In this document: one piece after another, positions 45,433-55,152 of the stretch
Position numbering within the stretch: position 1 is the stretch's first letter
How the letters are laid out: each line of letters opens with the position of its first letter
Assembly (NCBI GenBank): GCA_963665255.1
Contig: OY762210.1
Coordinates: forward strand, 1,090,866-1,154,865
Direction of reading: 5' to 3'
DNA: 64,000 nt
Source: Dehalococcoidia bacterium
Lineage (GTDB): Bacteria; Chloroflexota; Dehalococcoidia; Lucifugimonadales; UBA1123
Notes under the pieces: model-generated
Told to the model about the DNA's origin: nothing
Database searches by the model: none
Seen by the model: only the letters and a program-made list of their open reading frames with translations
Translations under genes and position numbers: made by a program

Positions 45433-47136
45433 TCACCTGACCCAGAACGGTGTCGGCAGTCTTCGCTGGCCGCCCTCTCGCACAACACTCCTTGCGACTC
45501 CTACAAATTCCCTGAACAGCGGGTGAGGCCTATCTGGGCGGGAAAGGAACTCCGGGTGGAACTGCGTCCCGACCATGAACGAGGCATGAGCGTACTCCAT
45601 TATTTCTACGAGTTCCCCGTCCGGCGAGATTCCTGTGGGCCACAGCCCGACCTCTTCAAAGCCTTCCCGGTAGCTATTGTTGACTTCCCATCTGTGGCGG
45701 TGCCGCTCCTCGACAGTCGGCGATCCGTAGGCACGATCCGCCCAGCTGTCCGGCACTGTGACGCATGGGTAGAGCCCGAGCCGCATCGTGCCTCCCAATT
45801 CGGTGACGTCCTTCTGACTCTGCATCAGGTCGATGACAGGGTGGGGGGTGTCCGGATCCATCTCAGTCGAGTTGGCAGCCTCAAGGTCCATGAGGTTGCG
45901 TGCTATCTCAACCACCATTACCTGCAGCCCCAGGCAGAGGCCCAGGTAAGGAACATCGCGACTGCGGGCGTACTTGACGGTCTCGATCATGCCCTCCACG
46001 CCGCGTGGCCCGAATCCTCCGGGCACAACGATGCCTGCAACCGACTCCAGCAGCCGGCTTGGCCCTTCCTCTTCGATCTGCTCGGAGTTGATCCACTGCA
46101 CTTCGATGTCTCTGTCGTAGTACAGACCCGCGTGGAGCAGCGCCTCCTTGACCGAAATGTATGAATCGCGCAGATCGACGTACTTGCCGACGATCGCAAT
46201 CGGAAGTGTCTCCTTCGGTTCATGGATGGCCTTCACCATAGTACGCCAGCCGGCCAGGCTGTCCGTGGAGTTGCCGTGCTCCGCGTTCAGGAACGCGGGC
46301 CTGCGCTCGAATGGGGAGGGACTTATCGGGGAACCCACACCCAGGCTACGCATGACCAGTTCGCCAAGTCCCTCGTCCTGGAGGATAAGCGGTACTTCAT
46401 AGATACTGGACACAGTCGGCAGCGTAACTACGGCTTCATTGGGGACGTCGCAGTGGACGGAGATCTTCTTCTTGATGTCTTCGTCTACGTCATAGTCGGA
46501 ACGGCACAGAATTGCGTCAGGCTGGATGCCGATACTCCGAAGTTCTCGTACCGAGTGCTGCGTTGGCTTGGTTTTGAGTTCGTCAGTCGAAGATATATAT
46601 GGCAGATAGGTAACGTGTATGTAGTACACGTTGTCGCGGCCAACCTCGTTCCTCAACTGCCTGATCGCTTCAAGGAACGGAAGCCCTTCGATGTCACCGA
46701 CGGTTCCCCCAACCTCAACTACGATCACATCTGCGCCGGAGTCTGCGGCGAGCTCGAGTATGCGCTGCTTGATCGCATCGGTTACATGCGGAATCGCCTG
46801 AATCGTCCCACCAAGAAACTCTCCACGTCTCTCACGGGATATGACGTCGCTGTAGACCTGACCAGCAGTGATGTTGGACAGCCTTGTCAGATTAACATCG
46901 ACAAACCGCTCGTAGTGACCGAGGTCCAGATCAGTCTCGCACCCGTCTTCCGTGACAAATACCTCGCCATGCTGGTAGGGAGACATCGTGCCGGGATCTA
47001 CGTTCAGGTAGGGATCGAGCTTCATCAGCGAGACCGACACGCCACGGCTCTTGAGGATACGGCCAATGGATGCGACGGTAACTCCCTTGCCTACAGAGCT
47101 GACCACTCCACCTGTCACGAAGATTATTCTTGTCAT
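45433..47136 (-). CDS. pyrG: CTP synthase
   Basis: The start at M13 gives [18 protein letters not shown], with GGAGAAG as SD. The GATase domain motifs GLCLGLQ and HRHRWEVN are present. Confidence 0.97.
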   Translation of the reverse strand: MTRIIFVTGGVVSSVGKGVTVASIGRILKSRGVSVSLMKLDPYLNVDPGTMSPYQHGEVFVTEDGCETDLDLGHYERFVDVNLTRLSNITAGQVYSDVISRERRGEFLGGTIQAIPHVTDAIKQRILELAADSGADVIVVEVGGTVGDIEGLPFLEAIRQLRNEVGRDNVYYIHVTYLPYISSTDELKTKPTQHSVRELRSIGIQPDAILCRSDYDVDEDIKKKISVHCDVPNEAVVTLPTVSSIYEVPLILQDEGLGELVMRSLGVGSPISPSPFERRPAFLNAEHGNSTDSLAGWRTMVKAIHEPKETLPIAIVGKYVDLRDSYISVKEALLHAGLYYDRDIEVQWINSEQIEEEGPSRLLESVAGIVVPGGFGPRGVEGMIETVKYARSRDVPYLGLCLGLQVMVVEIARNLMDLEAANSTEMDPDTPHPVIDLMQSQKDVTELGGTMRLGLYPCVTVPDSWADRAYGSPTVEERHRHRWEVNNSYREGFEEVGLWPTGISPDGELVEIMEYAHASFMVGTQFHPEFLSRPDRPHPLFREFVGVARSVVREGGQRRLPTPFWVR

Positions 47137-47559
47137 GCGGTCATCTTCTCCGGCAGGAAACTGTCCGTCCACTGGCCACTTGGGAACACGCGAATCATCG
47201 CTCTGCGTGATAGTTGATCAGCGGACATGAAGCAGGTGAGAAGGGGGCTGAGAGGGACAGTACGAGAAGGGTAGGTCTGGAAGTGAGTGCCTGGATCGGC
47301 TCTCACTTACTTTCGACTCCATCGCTGGCTGCGGCGTAAGAGTGCGTCACGGCCTCCAGTCCCTGAACGTTTGATTGAGTATATGAACGTACGTCTGAAG
47401 GTGTCAACGAAAAAGACAGGCAACTTTTCTCAACAATCGGTGAATGCTAAACGACGAAAGGTTCCGACTCTGCCCGCTCCGCTGTATGATTGCCATGTCG
47501 GGGAGCATAAGACGTTCTCTCAGCCCGAGAGACGGGACAAGAGGTTGATCAAAGCGGAA

Positions 47560-48465
47560 ATGCGTTACTACACACTGATATCAAATGACGGCGAAGCCAG
47601 GTTGATCGTCGAAAACCATCAGTCGATTGCTATGGACTTGACGAGCATGGATCCTGATCTGACGGACCTCAGCGACCTGCTTCTAGCAGCCTCGTTGTCG
47701 GGGAGTTCAGTTGACGAGATTGCCCAACTCATACTCGAAACAGGTGACGCCGACCGATTCGACCTCGGTGAGGTCATGGACCGCTCCAGGGACGGTGACG
47801 GCTATTACCGGTTGGACAGGCCATTCGATCCGCCCGAAGTATGGGCCGCGGGAGTCACTTACAAGACCAGCGAAATGGAGCGGCAGCGCGAGAGCGATAC
47901 CCCGGATGTCTACGCTAAGGTATTCACCGCCGACCGTCCAGAGGTATTCCTTAAGGCGACGCCGGACCGGTGTGTAGGCCCATTCGAGGATGTTGGAATC
48001 AGATCTGACTCAGAGTGGAGCGTTCCCGAACCAGAGCTGGCATTCGTTCTGTACAGGGGCGAAATCGTCGGTTACACGATCGGGAACGACATGAGCAGCA
48101 GGTCGATTGAGGGCGAGAACCCTCTCTATCTCCCGCAGGCCAAGGTGTTCGATAGGTGCTGCGCGATTGGTCCCTGCTTTGTGACTGCCGAAGACCTGGA
48201 TCCGATGAACCTCGACATCTCCTGCTCCATCATCCGTGACGGTCAGGAGGTCTGGACTGACCAGACTTCGACATCCCTGATGGGGCGGACCTGCGAGGAG
48301 TTGGCAGATTGGGTTCAACGCCATAATCTTGTGCCAGACCTGACAACCGTTCTCACCGGTACGGCAATTGTCCCGCCGCCTGAGTTCACTCTGCACGAGG
48401 GTGACGTAGTCACCATCACAATAGAGGGCATAGGCTCGCTCGAAAACGGCGTGATGGCAGTGTAG
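47560..48465 (+). CDS. Fumarylacetoacetate hydrolase (FAH) family protein
   Basis: The start at M92 of the ORF gives MRYYTLISNDGEARL.... The FAH core reads PELAFVL...GYTIGNDMSSR...K.FD...IGP. The 91-aa N-terminal extension in the track is Arg/Lys-rich and looks non-coding. Confidence 0.7.
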   Translation: MRYYTLISNDGEARLIVENHQSIAMDLTSMDPDLTDLSDLLLAASLSGSSVDEIAQLILETGDADRFDLGEVMDRSRDGDGYYRLDRPFDPPEVWAAGVTYKTSEMERQRESDTPDVYAKVFTADRPEVFLKATPDRCVGPFEDVGIRSDSEWSVPEPELAFVLYRGEIVGYTIGNDMSSRSIEGENPLYLPQAKVFDRCCAIGPCFVTAEDLDPMNLDISCSIIRDGQEVWTDQTSTSLMGRTCEELADWVQRHNLVPDLTTVLTGTAIVPPPEFTLHEGDVVTITIEGIGSLENGVMAV

Positions 48466-48479
48466 CGAGTGCGCCTCTA

Positions 48480-49268
48480 TTAGGCGTGACTCAGCCCGCC
48501 GTCGAGGTACAGCGTCTCTCCGGTCATGTACGCGGAGGCATCCGACGCTAGGAAAAGCGCTAGGAAGCCCACTTCCCGCAGATCACCCACGCGGCCCAGA
48601 GGAACCGTTTCCCTGGCGTTCTCTCGTGACCTCGCGACCTGTTCAGGGTCACCGGTCTCGGGATCAGGGAAGATTCCGGGGGCTATGCAGTTAACCGTTA
48701 CGCCGTAAGGCGCCCACTCCAGTGACAGGGTTTGGGTAAGTCGAGCGAGGCCGGCCTTGGCTGTCGAGTACACCAGCATCTCCGGCGAACCCTTCCTGGC
48801 CGCGAACCCGCTGATGTTTATGATCCGACCTCTGCCTCTTTCGATCATGTGTGGGCCCACCGCACGGCAGCCCTTGAACGCTTCAGTCAGGTTGATGTCC
48901 AGCACGAACCTGTATTCATCATCGCTGATGGCCGTGCCATCTGATCCCGGGGAGGGAATTAGCGGCTTTCGAATCGCGTCCCCCAGGTTGTTGATCAGCA
49001 CGTCGATGTGGCCCCACTCAGATAGCGCATAGTCTACCGTCCGCTGCCAGTCGTCTGTGTCTGTTGCGTCAGCCGTCATCGTAAGGATCGGATATCCTGC
49101 AATCTTCATCCCCTCCGAAAAGGGTTGCAGGTACCTGTCTGTGAGCGCAGTGACCATTACACGTGCACCCGAGTGAGCCAGGACCCTGGCGATGCCTTTG
49201 CCTATACCTCGTGCCGCACCAGTGATGATTACGGTCTTGCCCGCTACGTCGAACTCATGTGGCAGCAT
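48480..49268 (-). CDS. Short-chain dehydrogenase/reductase
   Basis: The motifs GKTVIITGAARGIGKG, NNLG and YSTAKAG (YxxxK) are present. Confidence 0.85.
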   Translation of the reverse strand: MLPHEFDVAGKTVIITGAARGIGKGIARVLAHSGARVMVTALTDRYLQPFSEGMKIAGYPILTMTADATDTDDWQRTVDYALSEWGHIDVLINNLGDAIRKPLIPSPGSDGTAISDDEYRFVLDINLTEAFKGCRAVGPHMIERGRGRIINISGFAARKGSPEMLVYSTAKAGLARLTQTLSLEWAPYGVTVNCIAPGIFPDPETGDPEQVARSRENARETVPLGRVGDLREVGFLALFLASDASAYMTGETLYLDGGLSHA

Positions 49269-49315
49269 CGTCGGTCCTCCCAGATGATTTCAGCTCGTCG
49301 GTGGGCTTCTCCTGC

Positions 49316-50206
49316 TCAATGGTTACCCGATATCGAGTCCAGCGCCTGCTGGACGAAGTCAATACCGACCATTTCCTTCCACGCTGCCATCAGTCTGCTG
49401 GTAACGCTGCCGGGAGTAGACTGCCCGAACTGGTATCCATTTAGCGTCGCGACCGGAAGCATGCAGTAGCGGGTACTGGAAACGAACGCCTCGTCAGCGC
49501 CATAAATTTGCGAGGGACTGTACAGCCCCTCGTCAACGTCGATGTTCAGGACACTCGCAAGCTCCAGGACGGTGTGCATACTGACGCCGGGAAGAACGTT
49601 CCTTCGGTCAGGCAGCTTGATCCTGCCATCTACCACGAACATGAAGTTCGCACCCTGACACTCCGTAATGAAGCCGCCTTCATTGACCATCAACGCCAGG
49701 GTCTGTGTGCTCCCGCTCTTGCCGTCACCGGCTGCTTCCTGTGGCTTTGGGTAGCTGATCGGAGTGTAGAGCCTGACGCCCTCAACGTAGCTGCGCGCGA
49801 ATCCGCTGAACTCTAGTGGCGTGCAATAGATCGCAATATCGACACTCGGGAGGTCGTCAGCAGCGATTGGGCGTGTCACAGTGATCGTCTGTGTGACCAC
49901 CATGTCGCCAAATCCACCCTCCATCAGGGTGAAGTTCGCCTCCACAATTCCCCGCGAGGTCTTTTCCATGTCGTCGATCGTAATGCCCGGGTCTATGTTG
50001 GAGTATCTCAGCCCGCTGAACAGCCTCTCGAGGTGCCTGCGCAGTTGAAACGGTCTTCCGCCAAAAGTACGGGCCGAATCGTAGTAGCCGCCAGCTGATC
50101 TCACATTGATCCGCTGTAACTCCGGCAGGGCCTGGGAATACGGCATGACCTGCCCGTTGACGTATGTCAGGAACTCACGTTGGTCAGCCACGTTAGCGCC
50201 TTCCAA
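49316..50206 (-). CDS. Class IV (fold-type IV) aminotransferase, BCAT / D-amino-acid aminotransferase / ADC-lyase family
   Basis: The sequence ...YDSARTFGGRPFQLRRHLERLFSG... contains an R.H..RL-like motif. ...ECQGANFMFVVDG...PGVSM and the overall length also fit the family. Confidence 0.7.
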   Translation of the reverse strand: MEGANVADQREFLTYVNGQVMPYSQALPELQRINVRSAGGYYDSARTFGGRPFQLRRHLERLFSGLRYSNIDPGITIDDMEKTSRGIVEANFTLMEGGFGDMVVTQTITVTRPIAADDLPSVDIAIYCTPLEFSGFARSYVEGVRLYTPISYPKPQEAAGDGKSGSTQTLALMVNEGGFITECQGANFMFVVDGRIKLPDRRNVLPGVSMHTVLELASVLNIDVDEGLYSPSQIYGADEAFVSSTRYCMLPVATLNGYQFGQSTPGSVTSRLMAAWKEMVGIDFVQQALDSISGNH

Positions 50207-50852
50207 ACAGCCGCTTCTTGATCTTTGTGAGCGAGGTCACGGCGTGAATCAGTGGCGACATCTTCCTGCCATGTATGGTCCCCTGGGCAAGCGCCTCTTT
50301 GAACCCTTCGGGTGTGCCGTCGAACTCTGGCATTATCACATAGGTCCTCCCAAGTTCAATGGGAGTGTGAGAGTCGCTGACGCCTGAAGTCAGAAGACCG
50401 TGCTCTTGAGCGAACTCGTGGGCTCTCCGGTTGTCGGCGTCCATGTTGTTTCGTGAGTTGAAGACCTCCACTATGTCGACATGGGGCAGCACGTCTTCAA
50501 TGCCGCTCCGTGTTATCACCTCACCTCTGAACCTGTCGAACGGGTGGGGGAGACTAACCAGTCCACCCTGGTCTTTTATCCTCCTGGCCGTTTCGACCGG
50601 AGACAGACCACGCGGTATCGATTCCTGCAGAAACAGGCCTGTGACCTCTCCCTCAGCAGTGCCCACCTCTTCGCCGATGATGACGGTGAACGGCGCGATG
50701 TCCCTGACCACAAAAGCCCCTTCCGTGGTGTTGTGGTCTGTAACTGCTATGCAGTTCAACCCGACCTTGAGGCACCGCGCCACCAATGTCTCTGGACTCA
50801 TGTCCGAGTCATAAGAGTAGTGAGTGTGCATGTGGAAGTCGGCCTTTAGCAT
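50193..50852 (-). CDS. PHP-domain metal-dependent phosphoesterase
   Basis: The sequence MLKADFHMHTHYSYDSDMSPE...IAVTDHNT...GEEV...LPHPFD...GVSDSH is present. Its start overlaps the xseB stop by 1 nt. Confidence 0.75.
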   Translation of the reverse strand: MLKADFHMHTHYSYDSDMSPETLVARCLKVGLNCIAVTDHNTTEGAFVVRDIAPFTVIIGEEVGTAEGEVTGLFLQESIPRGLSPVETARRIKDQGGLVSLPHPFDRFRGEVITRSGIEDVLPHVDIVEVFNSRNNMDADNRRAHEFAQEHGLLTSGVSDSHTPIELGRTYVIMPEFDGTPEGFKEALAQGTIHGRKMSPLIHAVTSLTKIKKRLFGRR

Positions 50853-51148
50853 TAGTCTCCGACGTCCATTCCCTCGTCGCCGTCAACCATTCGCATCTGC
50901 TCACCATATGCTGTACGGATTCGCGTGATCTTCATCTCGGCCGACGTCAACATTTCGTTGCAGACTCGCGCCAGTTTCATACCCCGCTCATACATCGACA
51001 TCGACTGCGCCAGGGTGAGCGAGCCGGACTCTAGGGCGTCCACGGTTTCGTCCAACTGCGCCAAGGCCTCCTCGAAAGATAGGTCCTCGATCGCCTTGGT
51101 TTCGCTCTTGGATTCGTCAGTCGACATGCAATCCTCTGTAGACATCAT
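50852..51148 (-). CDS. xseB: Exodeoxyribonuclease VII small subunit
   Basis: The sequence SFEEALAQLDETVDALESGSLTLAQSMSMYERGMKLARVCNEML is the canonical XseB core. The start at 51148 overlaps the DUF4389 stop (ATGA). An alternative ATG lies at 51127. Confidence 0.8.
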   Translation of the reverse strand: MMSTEDCMSTDESKSETKAIEDLSFEEALAQLDETVDALESGSLTLAQSMSMYERGMKLARVCNEMLTSAEMKITRIRTAYGEQMRMVDGDEGMDVGD

Positions 51149-51798
51149 TCACTGAACCTGAACGGTGGATATCGGTCTGTCGTCAGCAGGAACGCGTAGG
51201 CTCCCACTCGAATGCCCCAGCGGAATAGTCCCACAATGTAGTTGAACATCCACACTGGATAGCGTCCAGTAACCAGGATGGCTATCCAGGCCAGGAACAC
51301 GACGACAAGCGCGACGATCCCCAGTACTGTCAGGACTATGTAGTGCGGAATCGCAAGCAGCCACTTAACAAGAGGCAGGAACCGGTTGAGCTGGCCCTGA
51401 ACATCGGGATAGGCGATCTCCAGCGTGACAGACTGCTGTTCATCCGTGGACGGATACTCATCCCGGAGCAGGAAGAGGTATGCGCCCACCCTGGCTGAGA
51501 AGCGACTGATCTCCAGGTTCCAGTCGAACCACCAGCGCGGGTACTTTCCTCGAAACACAATCATCAGCATTGTGGCCAAGGACAGTCCCAAACTAGCCAG
51601 TAACACACTGGTTTCGCCCGAGTTCCAGGCCGACTCGGAGTCACCGGCATTGACGAATGATCCTGATATAAGCCCGATGATGATAAATATGGGTATCGTC
51701 AGGATGATTCGGACGAGTGCGGTGAGCCTGTTGCTGCCCTCTTCCGGGTACTCAACGCTGAACTGGACTGGGTATATGTCAGTGGAATAGACCATCAT
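51145..51798 (-). CDS. DUF4389-family integral membrane protein
   Basis: Two repeated TM hairpins each end in a GRYP..W/YPPFRF string: ILVTGRYPVWMFNYIVGLFRWGIRVGAYAFLLTTDRYPPFRFSE. Confidence 0.65.
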   Translation of the reverse strand: MMVYSTDIYPVQFSVEYPEEGSNRLTALVRIILTIPIFIIIGLISGSFVNAGDSESAWNSGETSVLLASLGLSLATMLMIVFRGKYPRWWFDWNLEISRFSARVGAYLFLLRDEYPSTDEQQSVTLEIAYPDVQGQLNRFLPLVKWLLAIPHYIVLTVLGIVALVVVFLAWIAILVTGRYPVWMFNYIVGLFRWGIRVGAYAFLLTTDRYPPFRFSE

Positions 51799-51813
51799 CT
51801 TCTCCTGCGGAGG

Positions 51814-53019
51814 CTAGGGTTCTACAGGACCGGTCGATACTTCCTCCACTTTTGCCGCAATTGTACCCTCATTGAGGGTAATGTCCAGTAAACTGCCCGG
51901 CAGGGTTTCGCTCGCTGCGGACACCACATTCCCACTTTCTCGATCAACAACAATCGAGTAACCGCGTCGCAAGGTGTCCTGAGGAGACAGGGTTCGCAGT
52001 GCAGTTTGCAGCCTGTCGACTTGACCACTCAACAGCTCGACCCTGTGAATCAGCATTGTCCTTGCCGAGTCGAGCTGATCATCGACCCTGAGCCTGAGTT
52101 GGTCAACCTCCGGTACCGCACGTCCGAGCCTCGTCCAGAACTGCCCTACGTCACCTGTCGCGGCATCCACCTGCTGAGTCACCGAGCTCTCGACCCTGTG
52201 CACTGACGCCGACAATCTATGCAGCAGCTCAATCCTGTCTGGCACGACCATCTCCGCCGCCGCCGAAGGGGTTGGCGCCCGGACGTCGGCCACCAGGTCG
52301 CACACGGTGAAGTCCGTCTCATGTCCCACCGCGCTCACAACAGGCACGCGGCTGGAGAACACTGCCCTGGCAACCGGCTCCTCGTTGAAAGGCCACAGGT
52401 CCTCCAGGGAGCCTCCTCCTCTCGCAACGATGATGACGTCTATGTCTGGCTCATCATTCAGGGCAACTATCCCTTCGACGATGGTTCCCGCAGCCGCGTC
52501 TCCCTGGACCATTGCCGGCGCCAGCGCTAGCTCGACCATCGGGAATCGGCGGCTTACAACGGTGCGAATATCCTGCCAGACGGCTCCGGTTGGCGACGTG
52601 ACTACTCCGACTCGTTTGGGAAAGAAGGGCAGGGGTCGTTTTCTCGACGCCTCAAAGAGCCCCTCGCGTTCCAGTTGGGCCTTTAGCTGTTCCAAACGGA
52701 GTTGAAGCTCGCCCACACCCTCAGGCTGGATCACGTCTGCTACCAGCTGAAGGTCACCTCGCACCTCGTAGAGCGTCACCCTCCCGTGTGCAACTACAGC
52801 TGCGCCGTCCTGCAGGTGCTCAGCACCCCGCGAACTCCGAAAGTGGACGCACCGGAGAGAACTGTTTCCGTCGCGGAGAGTGAAGTACGAGTGTCCAGAG
52901 CCGGGACGACGCAGGTTTGCAACCTCGCCCTCGATCCAGATATCGCTGAGCAGTTCGTCGTAGGACAGCAGGTCCCTGAGATACGCAGTGACCTGTGATA
53001 CGCCGTAGGTCAGCGCCAT
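51814..53019 (-). CDS. xseA: Exodeoxyribonuclease VII large subunit
   Basis: An N-terminal OB fold (IWIEGEVANLRRPGSGHSYFTLRD) is followed by the catalytic region GVVTSPTGAVWQDI...RGGGSLEDLW.FN.E and a C-terminal coiled coil. Confidence 0.9.
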   Translation of the reverse strand: MALTYGVSQVTAYLRDLLSYDELLSDIWIEGEVANLRRPGSGHSYFTLRDGNSSLRCVHFRSSRGAEHLQDGAAVVAHGRVTLYEVRGDLQLVADVIQPEGVGELQLRLEQLKAQLEREGLFEASRKRPLPFFPKRVGVVTSPTGAVWQDIRTVVSRRFPMVELALAPAMVQGDAAAGTIVEGIVALNDEPDIDVIIVARGGGSLEDLWPFNEEPVARAVFSSRVPVVSAVGHETDFTVCDLVADVRAPTPSAAAEMVVPDRIELLHRLSASVHRVESSVTQQVDAATGDVGQFWTRLGRAVPEVDQLRLRVDDQLDSARTMLIHRVELLSGQVDRLQTALRTLSPQDTLRRGYSIVVDRESGNVVSAASETLPGSLLDITLNEGTIAAKVEEVSTGPVEP

Positions 53020-53020
53020 T

Positions 53021-53584
53021 TCAGACCCTGGACAGGTAGCTGCCAGACCTCGTGTCCACCTTTACCGTCTCCCCTGCGTTAACGAAGAGTGGGACCTGTA
53101 TAAGCAGGCCGGTCTCCAACGTAGCCGGTTTGGTGGCGCCTGTCGCGGTGTCTCCCTTGAGACCGGGTGGTGAGTCCGCAACTACCAGGTCGACAGTTAG
53201 AGGCATGTCCACTGCGATCGGGTTGCCCTGGTAGAACACCAAGTCGATGGTCATCCCCTCTTTGAGGTAGTTCAACTCCTCGGAGATGTCTCCCCGAGTC
53301 AGTGGGAACTGGTCGTATGTGTCAGAGTCCATGAAGTAGCACAGATCGTCTTCATCGTAGATGTACTGTGCCGATCGACGCTCCACGTCCGCTGGAGTCA
53401 GCTTGACGTCGTATCCGGAGAAGCTCCTGTCGAGCACCCGCCCGCTGCGGATGTCCTTGAATCTAATCCTCATAGTCGGAGCGCGTTGCTGCATCTTGCT
53501 CCGATCGTAGTCGACCACGAGGTATGGAACGCCGTCCAACTCGATGGCCATGCCTTTTCTGAGGTCTCCGTATCCGATAGTCAT
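53021..53584 (-). CDS. efp: Translation elongation factor P
   Basis: It has the three-domain EF-P layout in 187 aa, with ...DLRKGMAIELDGVPYLVVDY... and the C-terminal GLKGDTATGATKPATLETG..IQVPLF. The modification loop reads SKMQQRAPT instead of KPGKGQA. Confidence 0.95.
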   Translation of the reverse strand: MTIGYGDLRKGMAIELDGVPYLVVDYDRSKMQQRAPTMRIRFKDIRSGRVLDRSFSGYDVKLTPADVERRSAQYIYDEDDLCYFMDSDTYDQFPLTRGDISEELNYLKEGMTIDLVFYQGNPIAVDMPLTVDLVVADSPPGLKGDTATGATKPATLETGLLIQVPLFVNAGETVKVDTRSGSYLSRV

Positions 53585-53635
53585 CTGACTAGCTCCTGTT
53601 GGCCTTCCCTTTTGGCTGGGCTTATCGAAAAGGCC

Positions 53636-54715
53636 CTACTTCGGCGATCTGGTGAGTGGTCGAGCTCTGCCGTCTTCCATGACCACAACGTCCTCGATCC
53701 TTACACCGCCCCAGCCTGAAATGTAAATTCCCGGCTCTATGGTGAACACCATGCCGTCCTCTACGACGTCCTGCGATCTCGGGACCACCATTGGCCGTTC
53801 ATGTATGACGAGTCCGACACCATGACCCAGACCGTGACCGAACTCATCGCCATATCCCGCGTCCGTGATGACCTCGCGGGCTACTGAGTCGATCTCCTCG
53901 CCGGTCATACCTGATCTTGCGGCCTCGATTGCGGCCTTCTGAGCCTGCAAAACGATACCATAGATGTGTTGGAACGTGTCGTCCTGCTCTCCAACCACGA
54001 ACGTCCTGGTCAGGTCGCTGCGATAACCCCGGTAGGTCGCTCCCATGTCGATTACGATAGGCTCGCCATCTCGCACGACTGTGTCGTCAGCACGATGGTG
54101 GGGCAGGGCGGCATTCGGCCCGACTGCGACTATCGTATCGAACGATGGCCCTTCGGCACCCAACCTTCGCATCTCCTTGTGCAGCTCCCAGGCGACCTCT
54201 TGCTCCGTCATGCCTGTTCGGATCTCGCGCTGTATCCTGGCCATGGCCTCGTCGGCTATCTGCACCGCACGGTCAAGCGCCTCTATCTCGCTGTCGTCCT
54301 TGACGGCCCTGACCCACTCGATCACACCAGCCGTCTCTTCGAACTCCACCCGCAGGTCGCTCTCAGACTCCTCTACCTCGCGTTGCAGCCGGCTGAACGC
54401 AGCGACGCTCATGTCGTCTGCCTCGAACCCAATTCTGTGCATCCCGACCTCGTCAGCGACAGCAGGAAACCAGGGCTCGCCTCCCCTGATATGGCGCACA
54501 TCGAATCCTGGCGATTCTGACTGGGCCTGCTCGATGTACCTGAAGTCGGTGGCAAGAACAGCCTCAGTGGCAGTAATGACGAGGTAGCCATTGGAGCCCG
54601 TGAACCCCGATAGATAGCGGCGATTCGCGGCTGAGGAGACCAGTAAACCATCCAGATCTTGCTCAGCCATATGCTCTCTGAGCCTGAGGAGTCTGTGGGA
54701 CGTGCTATCAATCAC
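53636..54715 (-). CDS. Xaa-Pro aminopeptidase / M24B metallopeptidase
   Basis: M24 metal-ligand motifs are present: VVIDMGATYRGYRSDLTRTF, HGLGHGVGL.IHE and FTIEPG.Y. I chose the GTG at 54715, which overlaps the aroQ stop (GTGA) and gives VIDSTSHRLLRLREHM.... Confidence 0.85.
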   Translation of the reverse strand: MIDSTSHRLLRLREHMAEQDLDGLLVSSAANRRYLSGFTGSNGYLVITATEAVLATDFRYIEQAQSESPGFDVRHIRGGEPWFPAVADEVGMHRIGFEADDMSVAAFSRLQREVEESESDLRVEFEETAGVIEWVRAVKDDSEIEALDRAVQIADEAMARIQREIRTGMTEQEVAWELHKEMRRLGAEGPSFDTIVAVGPNAALPHHRADDTVVRDGEPIVIDMGATYRGYRSDLTRTFVVGEQDDTFQHIYGIVLQAQKAAIEAARSGMTGEEIDSVAREVITDAGYGDEFGHGLGHGVGLVIHERPMVVPRSQDVVEDGMVFTIEPGIYISGWGGVRIEDVVVMEDGRARPLTRSPK

Positions 54716-55152
54716 GCCTGTTCGCCGAGATGCGCTGAGAGGAAGTCGAGCGCGTATATGTACCCACGCCATCCCAGCCCAGCTATCTGCCCGACGGCGA
54801 TGTCGGCGATCACGGAGTGACGCCTGAACTCATCTCGTGCGTGAATGTTGGACAGGTGGACCTCGACGATCGGCAGCCGCGAGTCCGTTAGCGCATCTCG
54901 CATCGACAGGCCGTAGTGGGTTAGCGCACCCGCGTTGATGACGATTCCGTCTGCACCGTCAGTCGACCTCTGGATGAAGTCGACGATCTCCCCCTCGTGG
55001 TTCGACTGGAAGAAGTCAACTTCGGCGCCAAGTTCCGAAGCACGCTCACAGAGAGCCTCCTCGATCTGAGCGAGCGTTGTCACCCCGTAGTGACTGGCAT
55101 CACGGCGGCCGAGGTTGTTCAGGTTGGGGCCGTTGATTACCAGGACCTTCAA
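54712..55152 (-). CDS. aroQ: 3-dehydroquinate dehydratase, type II
   Basis: The sequence (M)KVLVINGPNLNNLGRRD...YG...FQSNHEGEIVD.IQ...INAGALTHYS-like...VEVHLSNIHARE.FR is present. The TTG start overlaps the xerC stop. Confidence 0.95.
   Translation of the reverse strand: MKVLVINGPNLNNLGRRDASHYGVTTLAQIEEALCERASELGAEVDFFQSNHEGEIVDFIQRSTDGADGIVINAGALTHYGLSMRDALTDSRLPIVEVHLSNIHARDEFRRHSVIADIAVGQIAGLGWRGYIYALDFLSAHLGEQA

Noticed and set aside
43933-47217. Long plus-strand ORFs (43933-44730, 45523-46164, 46222-47217) antisense to rho and pyrG
   Set aside because: The reasoning is the same as above. They are the complements of two of the most confidently identified genes in the window, and their translations have no family resemblance.
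47287-47559. A 91-aa N-terminal extension of the FAH ORF
   Set aside because: It is a basic, low-complexity translation with no SD at 47287. FAH-family proteins of this type are about 300 aa, which matches the ATG at 47560.
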